Source: an uncultured Dehalococcoidia bacterium (GTDB lineage: Bacteria; Chloroflexota; Dehalococcoidia; Bin125). From it: DNA of 35,968 nt. Position 1 is the stretch's first letter, and the number at the start of each line of letters is the position of its first letter. The notes beneath the pieces were generated by a model that saw nothing but the letters and a program-made list of their open reading frames with translations, searched no databases and was not told the DNA's origin. The stretch lies in contig CAZZMQ010000005.1 in the NCBI GenBank assembly GCA_964655365.1, positions 1-35,968 of the forward strand, written 5' to 3'. A program made the translations under genes and the position numbers. This document shows positions 26,831-34,842 of the stretch, in pieces.

Positions 26831-28966
26831 TCCCATTCCATCGGTGGTGGCATCAGTGGCACGAACTTCGGCTCCCGTCGGTTCGGGATATGCGATACGC
26901 GGATGATAAACCCCGCGTAGCGTCACCTTGAATGATTCAGCTATGCGATGTAACTGACGAAACGTCAGATCCGTCTCGTCGAACTGCCGCTCAGCCAGAC
27001 GCTCATTGATCACCCCGTCAATGAGATGTTCGATCGTCTCCACATCCCGCTCTTGGCTCGAGCGCACTACCGCTTCGCAGGAATCCGCCATCATCACGAT
27101 CGCCGTCTCGCGCGACTGTGGCCGTGGTCCATCGTAGGTAAACAGGGCCGGGTCAACGCTAGGGTCAGTGCGTGCAGCCTTGCGATAGAAGTATGTCACC
27201 ATGCGGGTCCCGTGGTGCTCGGGCACAAAGGCGCGCACAACGCCCGGCAGCCGGTTACGCCGCGCCAACTCGCGGCCCCAGCGCACATGATCCTGAATCA
27301 CGCGCGCGCTCTCCAATGGATCCAACGCGTCGTGTGGGTTGCTGCCATCAGACTGGTTCTCAATGTACATGTGCGGTTTCGCCAGCTTTCCGATGTCGTG
27401 GTAGTACGCCCCAACCCGGACCAACAGCGAATCAGCCTCAATCTCGGAAGCGGCGCGTTCGGCCATCGTCGCGACCAGCAGCGAGTGATGGAATGTGCCC
27501 GGTGCCTCTTCCTGCATACGTTGGATCAAAGGTTGCGTGAGTTGGGCCAACTCCAGTAACTGCAATCGGGTCGTGATACCAAAGGCCATTCCGAGAAACG
27601 AGAAGGCGCCGATCGTAAGCACCGCGGTTCCAGATCCGGCCACAAGACCGCCGAGCGCTAACCAGAGCACCTCTTCCATCTCCCGCATCGGGTTGAGTAG
27701 CCAGAACGCGATCCCAACCACAAACACAGTGATGCCGACGACCACCCCTGTCACGCCATACTGCGTCAGCCGCTCGACACGATAACTAGCGTAAACGCCG
27801 GCAATCGCCGAGAAGAGGTACACGGCCAGCGGTCGCAACGCCTGCGTGCCGCTAGGCGCCTCACCGACCACAACATCTGGATGGATGATCGCCGCCGTCC
27901 CAGCCAGGATCGCCACAACCATCGCGACGATGACCGCCAACGCGCGCCCCAAAAGCGCCGAGATCAAGACCGCTGTAACCGCGATCGGTAACATTAACTC
28001 CAACCCCTTGTCGGCGTGTTCAGGCAGCACCCAGGGGCTGACTAGACGCGCGAGAGCTACGGCTGCGATGGTCAGCACACCGATCAGCAACAGGCGCCGA
28101 TTGCTGGAAGCCCCATTCGGGGTCGCAACGACGAGATAGGCACCCAACATCACCGCACCGGCGACAGAGAGGATCAGTACGGCTACGAGGTCATCCCCGG
28201 GTACGCCTCCACCCTCCGGATCCATTTGCGCCAACGCTTCGGCCGCGAGCGAGTCGACTTCCGCTCCCTCGAGAACCACGATTTCCCCTTTAGTGAAGCT
28301 TCGCCCCACCACATCCACCGCATCACGCGCCTCGGCACGGGCAACCTCCGTAGCCCCCACATCTTCACCGACATTCGGTTGGATTAGATCAGCGACGAGG
28401 TCCATAATCACTTCCCGCTGTGGATTTGTGATCCCCAACCCCATTCCACTATCTGCGCTGGCCCGCACCCCATCGACTTGCTCCGCCGTGATGTTCTCGG
28501 TTAACAGCTCGGTCAACAGCTCGATCGACCGAGTCTTAACCCGGTTCCACTGCGACTGTGTGAAACCCAAGATCAGCACCTGTGTCCGCGTGCTGGTTTG
28601 CGAACCCGGCAGGGCTGCCAGTGCGTCGGACCGCTCATCGTCCTCAAGCAGAACCTCGTCCAGCACTTGGTCCACCGCGTCGAGATAATTGGCCAATGCC
28701 GCCACCTGGGCGGTGCGAACTCCGGCGTCAAAGATGAGTTGAACCGGAACATCGTCCGCAGCAACCTCCCGCGCCTGATCAGTCAACAGATCGCTATCGA
28801 AGAGCAAATCCTTGGTCGCCAGCAGGGTCCGACTCGCGAGTTGGCCTTCACGCGGAAACTCCTGGGGCGTCTTGATCGGAACCTGCACCAAGGTGAGGCC
28901 CACGGCGAGCATCAGCACGAAGCTCGCGATCCGGAACGGGGTGTAGTACTGCGCCCGAGGCATCAT
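26828..28966 (-). CDS. 7TM-HDIG membrane metal-dependent phosphohydrolase (PgpH-like family)
   Basis: N-terminal TM, extracytoplasmic domain, multiple TMs, then EAPGTFHHS, YYHDIGK, EHHGT, MADS.EA and YHPRI.YP. Confidence 0.92.
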   Translation of the reverse strand: MMPRAQYYTPFRIASFVLMLAVGLTLVQVPIKTPQEFPREGQLASRTLLATKDLLFDSDLLTDQAREVAADDVPVQLIFDAGVRTAQVAALANYLDAVDQVLDEVLLEDDERSDALAALPGSQTSTRTQVLILGFTQSQWNRVKTRSIELLTELLTENITAEQVDGVRASADSGMGLGITNPQREVIMDLVADLIQPNVGEDVGATEVARAEARDAVDVVGRSFTKGEIVVLEGAEVDSLAAEALAQMDPEGGGVPGDDLVAVLILSVAGAVMLGAYLVVATPNGASSNRRLLLIGVLTIAAVALARLVSPWVLPEHADKGLELMLPIAVTAVLISALLGRALAVIVAMVVAILAGTAAIIHPDVVVGEAPSGTQALRPLAVYLFSAIAGVYASYRVERLTQYGVTGVVVGITVFVVGIAFWLLNPMREMEEVLWLALGGLVAGSGTAVLTIGAFSFLGMAFGITTRLQLLELAQLTQPLIQRMQEEAPGTFHHSLLVATMAERAASEIEADSLLVRVGAYYHDIGKLAKPHMYIENQSDGSNPHDALDPLESARVIQDHVRWGRELARRNRLPGVVRAFVPEHHGTRMVTYFYRKAARTDPSVDPALFTYDGPRPQSRETAIVMMADSCEAVVRSSQERDVETIEHLIDGVINERLAERQFDETDLTFRQLHRIAESFKVTLRGVYHPRIAYPEPTGAEVRATDATTDGMG

Positions 28967-29079
28967 CACGGTACCCCTGAGTCGGGCCGTCAAGCACACG
29001 CAAGCACGCCCAGACTGACCCAAGATACCGGCGCCCAGCCGGGCCGCATAGCGCCCGTGCGGCCATGCCAGCTAGAGCG

Positions 29080-29529
29080 CTAGGTACCCAAGAGGTCACT
29101 GACAACTTCGTTCACCAATCGGCCGTCGGCCTTACCGCGCAGTTCCGCCATCAGCGGGCCCATCACCTTGCCTTTGTCTGTCGCATCTGTCGCACCCGCC
29201 GCCTCAATTACCACCCGAGCGGCGGCCGCTACTGCCTCACGATCCATCTGCTGTGGAGCGTAATCCTGCAGCACCGTGATCTCCGCCGCTTCCCGCTCAG
29301 CGAGTTCAGCGCGCCCGCCAGCACGATATTGTTCGATGCTCTCTTCACGCTGCCGAATCTGCTTCTGGATAGTCTGTCCGATCCCGGCATCATCCAGCTC
29401 AGCCCGTTGCTCGATCTCGACGTTCTTCAGTGCCGCCTCCAGCAGCCGGATGGTGTCACGCCGCACGGTATCCTTGGCGCGCATCGCCGTCTTGAGGTCA
29501 TCACGCAGCCGGTCTCGCAGTTCGCTCAT
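29080..29529 (-). CDS. yqeY: GatB/YqeY domain protein
   Basis: DLKTAMRAKD, KQ.RQREESIEQY...GR.EL, GKVMG and GKADG. Confidence 0.92.
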   Translation of the reverse strand: MSELRDRLRDDLKTAMRAKDTVRRDTIRLLEAALKNVEIEQRAELDDAGIGQTIQKQIRQREESIEQYRAGGRAELAEREAAEITVLQDYAPQQMDREAVAAAARVVIEAAGATDATDKGKVMGPLMAELRGKADGRLVNEVVSDLLGT

Positions 29530-29797
29530 TACTTGCTAACCTTCCCCAATGCCTGTGCTTGCGGCCATCCCGCTTCCGCTGGCCCGGTTTCCGGAATCGG
29601 CGAGGGCCGCCCCAACGGCGGCACACCAATCGTGGCACAAAGGCAGATGGTAGCGAATAAGCAGAGGGCAGAACCATAGGCTGCATAAAGTCCATCTCCC
29701 GGTCATCCGCCTTAAGGTCGCATTCACCGGGCTTAATACAGAGCACCTCAATTCCCGTCTCTTCGTCCTTATATCGCTTACCAAGTTGCACTGCCAT
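29501..29797 (-). CDS. Small desulforedoxin-like-fold protein (core about 47 aa); the long 3' extension is doubtful
   Basis: MAVQLGKRY..E.TG.EVLC.K.G is a paralogue of the adjacent ORF. After LPSA the frame continues into yqeY. Confidence 0.6.
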   Translation of the reverse strand: MAVQLGKRYKDEETGIEVLCIKPGECDLKADDREMDFMQPMVLPSAYSLPSAFVPRLVCRRWGGPRRFRKPGQRKRDGRKHRHWGRLASNERTARPAA

Positions 29798-29843
29798 CGC
29801 TTGCTCTTCTCTCGGTTGCGCCGCATGTCACGGTCGCAAGAGG

Positions 29844-29966
29844 TTATTTCTTCTCATCCAGGGCGGTCTCGCCGCAGCGAAGTTCCGCGTCACCGCCACG
29901 GGTGACAATAAACTCCGCCCCGCAATCGGGGCAGACATAGCGCTTCCCTGTCTGCGCTGGGGGCAT
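29844..29966 (-). CDS. 40-aa desulforedoxin/zinc-ribbon-like microprotein
   Basis: MPPAQTGKRYVCPDCGAEFIVTRGGDAELRCGETALDEKK, with AAGGAG upstream of ATG 29966. Confidence 0.75.
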   Translation of the reverse strand: MPPAQTGKRYVCPDCGAEFIVTRGGDAELRCGETALDEKK

Positions 29967-30034
29967 TCCTAGCTCCTTTTCCGGTTCTGGTGCTCTTAGC
30001 AGCAGATCGGCGTCGTATATGGAAAACGGTAGCG

Positions 30035-30064
30035 AGATTACCGCAGGCACCTTTTTTAGGTCAA
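30035..30064 (-). promoter_or_regulatory. Putative sigma70 promoter for the microprotein pair
   Basis: Minus strand TTGACC-18 nt-TAATCT. Confidence 0.45.
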
Positions 30065-30168
30065 AGCGGACTGTTGGCCGCTTCGCGAAGCTGCCTGGAC
30101 CACGACCGGGAAGCCACCGTGTGATCTACTTGACGCGCGCCTCGCCCTGTAGAATGCGGGACTCGGAT

Positions 30169-30837
30169 TTAGGAGCGCTGCCCACAGGTATTCGCTGTTA
30201 GCGAGTCTGCCGACAGCACAGGTTGGCCAACCGGCAACCCTTGCTCAAAGCGATGCTCAGCCTCTTCGATCTGCGTCTTAAGATCCGCAATCACTTGTGC
30301 CTTCGCGTTCGCTGCGATCGATTCGGCCAAAGCCGTCTCAAGCCCTTCGATCGCCTCTTCGTCTTCGTGGATCGCCTCTTCCAGGGCAAACTCCCACGCA
30401 TTGCCCGCGTTTGTCGTAATCAGTCCAACGACCGTGCTGATCTTGAAATTGTTCAGCGACCCACCCTGATTGACCGCCCAGGGCGGCATAGGCGTCCCAT
30501 TGCGACCGCAACTGACGGTGTCGTGAATACGCGCCTGGATCTCGCCGAGCGCACCGATATTTTCGCTCCGGAAGGCCAGTGTGTTGGAGGGCTTATTCAG
30601 CGCCGGACCAATCAAACTTGGATGCCCGGTGTTGCCTAGGCCCGCGTTGCCATGACAAATTCGGCAGTTGCGCGCGAAGATCTCGGCACCGCGCTCCGCA
30701 TTCTCGATCAAAACCTTGTCTTCGGCCTCCACCCGACGCCCGTCGTCAAACCAGATGTATGCGCCCAGTCCCACCACCCCAAGAAACATGAGGAGGACCA
30801 TGGCGATGATCTGCTTTTGCGTGTTCTGGCCGGTCAT
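30169..30837 (-). CDS. Membrane-anchored monoheme cytochrome c of the Rieske/cytochrome b complex
   Basis: N-terminal TM, GAEIF..NCRICHG, GPAL and a likely axial Met in TPMPPW. Confidence 0.9.
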   Translation of the reverse strand: MTGQNTQKQIIAMVLLMFLGVVGLGAYIWFDDGRRVEAEDKVLIENAERGAEIFARNCRICHGNAGLGNTGHPSLIGPALNKPSNTLAFRSENIGALGEIQARIHDTVSCGRNGTPMPPWAVNQGGSLNNFKISTVVGLITTNAGNAWEFALEEAIHEDEEAIEGLETALAESIAANAKAQVIADLKTQIEEAEHRFEQGLPVGQPVLSADSLTANTCGQRS

Positions 30838-30856
30838 GACTTCCTAGTCAGGTGCA

Positions 30857-31669
30857 CTAAACGTTGTACGGAACGGCCCGCTGGGGGTTGTCCTGGTCGC
30901 CTTTGGTAATACCGCCTGAATCAACGGTCAATGACCCATCCGAGTTGACGGTCACTTCCATGGTGTCCAGAGGCCTTGGGGCCGGGCCGAAGACCCGCAC
31001 GCCCGCCTTTGTATAGGTAGACCCGTGGCAAGGGCAACGGAACCAACCCTGTCGACCCTGGAACGGGAAGGTGCCACGCCAGGGAACCGTGCAACCGAGG
31101 TGCGGGCACTTCCACCACAGCGCCACGAGACCCTGCTCTCCTTCTGCTCCGAAGCCCTGGTGCGTACCTTCACCCTCGTTGAGGTGAACGAGCCAAAACT
31201 TTCCAAGAGTAACCGGAACCGGCGGATCACCGGCTTTCGGCACCAAACTAGAGGACACGGCGATCTTGCCACCGAAGCCCTGCACACCGCGGGGCCAGAA
31301 GAATGACATAAATGCCGCAAGGGCACCGGTCAGGCCAAAACCAAAGACGCCCCAAAAACTGACTTTCAGGATCTGCCGACGCGTCATCTCCATGCGTTGC
31401 GCGCGACGCCGCTGTGCGCGCGTAACCATGGCCCGCTCCGGCGCGGCCGTCTCGGTTATAACGTCGCGCGTTGTCGTATCCAGGTGAGGCGCGCGCTGCG
31501 GTCGAACCCCCGACGAGGGGACACCCTGTGAGGGCACAATCGATTGTGGTCCACCCTCACCGGTGTCGGTACTGGTGCCCATTCCCTCAGGCGGGGGCGT
31601 CGCATGCACGCGCTCTCCGCCGTCATCGATCAGCTCGTTGCTCTGATCTTCGGGTCGGTCGGTCGTCAT
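30857..31669 (-). CDS. Rieske 2Fe-2S subunit of the menaquinol:cytochrome c reductase
   Basis: CPHLGC and CPCHGS boxes, GPAPRPL, and a Tat-like TRRQIL followed by a TM helix. Confidence 0.94.
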   Translation of the reverse strand: MTTDRPEDQSNELIDDGGERVHATPPPEGMGTSTDTGEGGPQSIVPSQGVPSSGVRPQRAPHLDTTTRDVITETAAPERAMVTRAQRRRAQRMEMTRRQILKVSFWGVFGFGLTGALAAFMSFFWPRGVQGFGGKIAVSSSLVPKAGDPPVPVTLGKFWLVHLNEGEGTHQGFGAEGEQGLVALWWKCPHLGCTVPWRGTFPFQGRQGWFRCPCHGSTYTKAGVRVFGPAPRPLDTMEVTVNSDGSLTVDSGGITKGDQDNPQRAVPYNV

Positions 31670-31673
31670 GGCA

Positions 31674-32576
31674 CTACTCCACCACCACGATGTCCCAGGG
31701 CGGTTTCAGCTCCTGGCCCTGTCCGCGGAACACGGTACCGACCGCGGTTGTGACGATATACACCGCTATGAAACCACTGAAGATAAGCAGCGCGATATCG
31801 CGTCGTGTCTTGACCCAGCCCAGCGGGTTCTGGGCGAATTTCATCAGAAGCAGTGGCAAGCCCACCATAGTCGCGACAGGCACAAGTTGCTGGGAGAGGA
31901 AGCTGGGGAAATTGAGGTTGAGCAACCAGGGGGAATCCGACGTCCCGGGGATCCCCAACGGGATCGAGCGCCAATCCTCGAACAGCTTGAAGTCGCCGAT
32001 CGTGAACGAGATATCATCCCAGTTGATGCCCGTATCAAGTCCACGCAGGTTGCGGAACCAGTCCAGCCAGGCGGGCCATTCGAAGTCGGAATTGAGACCC
32101 GTCCCGCGAATGATGTCGACCGTCCATTCCACGTGCTTGCCGCCGTCGTAGAGAATTAGCAGGATGGTGGCCATCGCCGCGAAGCAGAAACCGAAGACCG
32201 AGATCCGGATCGCGTTCTCCGTCGAGAACCAGATCCCTTGGCCCTCACTACTGCTATCCCAATATGGAATTGCGGCCAGCAGAATCAGCGCCACAGTGGG
32301 GACGATCACTCCGGCCCATGCCGGCTCCATGTGCAGCAGCAATTCCTGCAGATTTAGGAAGTACCAGGGGGCCTTGGAGGGGTTCGGCGTTGTGTCGGCG
32401 TCGGCGCGGTTGAGCAAGGGCGCGTCCAACATAGCGCTCAACACGAGCAGCGCGATCGTGAATAGGACAGCCGCGATGAACTCAATGAAGACCAGGTCCG
32501 GCCAAACAAGGACCTCTTCTTCGCGTTCACGCCGCGGGCGCCTACGTACGGCTGCCGCTGCCTGAGCTACCATCAT
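31674..32576 (-). CDS. Cytochrome b6 subunit IV-like protein (PetD/QcrC-N type)
   Basis: VWPDLV..E, APL...AD...TPNPSKAPWYF..LQELL, IPY.D and C-terminal G..FRG.G....PW. Confidence 0.88.
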   Translation of the reverse strand: MMVAQAAAAVRRRPRREREEEVLVWPDLVFIEFIAAVLFTIALLVLSAMLDAPLLNRADADTTPNPSKAPWYFLNLQELLLHMEPAWAGVIVPTVALILLAAIPYWDSSSEGQGIWFSTENAIRISVFGFCFAAMATILLILYDGGKHVEWTVDIIRGTGLNSDFEWPAWLDWFRNLRGLDTGINWDDISFTIGDFKLFEDWRSIPLGIPGTSDSPWLLNLNFPSFLSQQLVPVATMVGLPLLLMKFAQNPLGWVKTRRDIALLIFSGFIAVYIVTTAVGTVFRGQGQELKPPWDIVVVE

Positions 32577-32612
32577 TCGCCCTTCCGGACCTTCGGGGTC
32601 CGTGTCAGCTAC

Positions 32613-33368
32613 CTATAACGGCCGTGCGAGTCCGCCATCTCGTCTCACGCGCCAGAAATGCACGGCCATGAAGACCGAGATAACCAGCGGTAAGGCGATT
32701 ACGTGCAACGTATAGAACCGGATTAAGGCGGCTGGGCCCACCTCGAATCCGCCCAATAGAAGGAACTTGCTCTCGTCACCCAGCACCGGCGCAGAGCCGA
32801 TCATCGTGGTACCTACGGTGATGGCCCAGAACGCAAGTTGGTCCCAAGGCAGCAGGTAGCCGGTGAACGAAAGCAGCAGGGTCAGGACGAACAAAATCAC
32901 GCCCACAATCCAGTTGAACTCCCGCGGTGGCTTATACGCCCCAGTGTAGAAAACACGCATCATGTGCAGCAGCACAAGAATGATCATCGCATGGGCCATC
33001 CAGCGATGCAGGTTGCGCAAGAGTTGGCCGAACCGAACATTCGTCTCCAGCGCTTGGATGTCCTGATACGCACGTTCCACGGAAGGTACGTAATAGAACA
33101 TCAGCAACACGCCGGTCACGGTCAGACCCAAAAACATGAAGAATGAAAGTCCACCTAGGCAGTACGTATGCGTAATCTTGACGTGGGTCCGGTGGATCCG
33201 AGTGGGGTGGAGGTGGAGGAAAACATTGGTGGCCACGACCAGCATTTGGTTACGCGGCGTGTTGGGGTAGCCGGTTCGAAAAATCGACTGCCAGATATAG
33301 TTTCGGAAAATGAGGTCGTAGATCGCCTCATTGAAACCTTTTTTGGGCGGTCGCTCCACGCTGGCCAT
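32613..33368 (-). CDS. Cytochrome b6-like subunit (PetB/QcrB)
   Basis: [48 protein letters not shown] and RFY.LH...HF. The four heme-ligand His residues are present. Confidence 0.95.
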   Translation of the reverse strand: MASVERPPKKGFNEAIYDLIFRNYIWQSIFRTGYPNTPRNQMLVVATNVFLHLHPTRIHRTHVKITHTYCLGGLSFFMFLGLTVTGVLLMFYYVPSVERAYQDIQALETNVRFGQLLRNLHRWMAHAMIILVLLHMMRVFYTGAYKPPREFNWIVGVILFVLTLLLSFTGYLLPWDQLAFWAITVGTTMIGSAPVLGDESKFLLLGGFEVGPAALIRFYTLHVIALPLVISVFMAVHFWRVRRDGGLARPL

Positions 33369-33377
33369 GCGGGCTCC

Positions 33378-33497
33378 TTATTTCTCCCACCATCGACCGA
33401 GGACGACCATCGCAGCGAGCGAAAAGATCACGGTGAGACCGACCAAGGGCAGCTCCATGATCTCGGAGCGGAACGGGATCTCCAGCAGGACTTCCAC
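33378..33497 (-). CDS. 39-aa single-pass membrane microprotein heading the b6c operon (absent from the ORF track)
   Basis: GTG start after GAGGAG; MEVLLEIPFRSEIMELPLVGLTVIFSLAAMVVLGRWWEK*. Its TAA overlaps the AAGGAG RBS of the cytochrome b6 gene. Confidence 0.7.
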   Translation of the reverse strand: MEVLLEIPFRSEIMELPLVGLTVIFSLAAMVVLGRWWEK

Positions 33498-33618
33498 CGG
33501 CGATAGCTCCTCGCTCGTCTCGCGTTATCTGTCACGCCTGTCCACTCCCAACTGTGTCCGCTGGAGCGGCAATGACGCAGACTCTCCTCACGCATTCGTG
33601 AAGAAACTTGCAATCGCG

Positions 33619-33647
33619 AATCTACGACCGCCTCTAGACAGTGTCAA
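33619..33647 (-). promoter_or_regulatory. Sigma70 promoter of the cytochrome b6c operon
   Basis: Minus strand TTGACA-17 nt-TAGATT. Confidence 0.7.
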
Positions 33648-33728
33648 GCGAACAAGGGGGTTGCAGCAAGCGCCCGTGAAACCCCTTAACGGCAGCCTCC
33701 CGCACCGATCCAGTACCAAACACAGCGC

Positions 33729-34808
33729 TTAGCGCAACACGACGAGATCGCCCCCTTCGCCACGCCTAACCCGCCCGATTTCGAGCACCTGCGGCACTAG
33801 CGATCGCAGCTCGTCACCGCGGGACGCATCGACTGCCAGGATTAGCCCCAATCCGAGGTTGAACACATGCGCCATCTCGTCGTCGCTGATCTCACCCCTG
33901 CGTTGGATCAGAGCGAAGACCGGCGGGCGGGACCAGGAACCCTTGTCCAGAAGAGCTTGCGCCCCCTCGGGCAAGATACGCGCCAGGTTACCTGGCAAGC
34001 CCCCACCGGTAATATGCGCTATCCCTTTGAGCAGCGGGTCACCGGGTTGGAATAGTACAGGCTCTAATGCGGGCCAATACGACTGATGCACGCGCAACAA
34101 CGCGTCGCCCAAGGACTCGCCCAGTTCCGCATATTCCTGATCCAGAATGGCACGGTCACGCGGAGGGTCATCGCCCGTCAGTTGGAAGATACTCCGCACC
34201 AGCGAGTAGCCATTCGTGTGCAACCCAGTCGACGGAAGACCAAATAACGCGTCACCCACCGCGACATCCGCTGTCGTGATCTCGCGACCCTTCTCGACCA
34301 CACCCACAATTGTGCCGGCCAAGTCAAAGTCACCCTCACCGTAGAGGCCGGGCATGTCGGCGGTCTCGCCACCAAGCAGCGCTGCCCCATTTTCTCGACA
34401 AGCCTGCGCAACGCCCGCCACCACGGCGATTTTTTGATCTTCGCTCAGGTTGGCGTTGGCCAGGTAGTCCAGGAAAAAGAGCGGCCGCGCGCCCGCTGTG
34501 AGGATGTCATCTACGCAGTGATTAACCAGGTCTTGGCCCACGGTGTTCAGGCGCCCCAGTGTCGCCGCCAGCAAAACCTTTGTCCCAACTCCATCGGCCG
34601 AGGCCACCAGCACAGGCCGCGCGAAGCCAGACAGGTCGAACAAGCCGCTAAACGGACCAACACCGCCAATCACTTCAGGCCGCGATGTTTCCGCCGCAAG
34701 CGCCTTGAAGCGGGGAATCAGGCGGTCATTCGCTCCAATATCCACACCAGCCTCTGCGTAGCGAGGAGCTGACTGCCCCGCATCGGTTGTTGGGTCAACT
34801 GCTGACAT
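33729..34808 (-). CDS. purM: Phosphoribosylaminoimidazole (AIR) synthetase
   Basis: YAEAGVDI, DGVGTK, PLFFLDY, GGETADMPG, GLHTNGYSL and AHITGGG. Start ATG 34808. Confidence 0.97.
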   Translation of the reverse strand: MSAVDPTTDAGQSAPRYAEAGVDIGANDRLIPRFKALAAETSRPEVIGGVGPFSGLFDLSGFARPVLVASADGVGTKVLLAATLGRLNTVGQDLVNHCVDDILTAGARPLFFLDYLANANLSEDQKIAVVAGVAQACRENGAALLGGETADMPGLYGEGDFDLAGTIVGVVEKGREITTADVAVGDALFGLPSTGLHTNGYSLVRSIFQLTGDDPPRDRAILDQEYAELGESLGDALLRVHQSYWPALEPVLFQPGDPLLKGIAHITGGGLPGNLARILPEGAQALLDKGSWSRPPVFALIQRRGEISDDEMAHVFNLGLGLILAVDASRGDELRSLVPQVLEIGRVRRGEGGDLVVLR

Positions 34809-34842
34809 ACTCGCTCGCCCCGTGTTGGCGCTCTCTGGGGGC

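Noticed and set aside
29501-29640. rpsU (S21), which often precedes yqeY
   Set aside because: The basic peptide here has no S21 motifs and no independent start.
30130-30155. + strand TTGACG...TAGAAT antisense promoter into the cytochrome c gene
   Set aside because: The spacer is only 14 nt and there is no downstream + strand gene.
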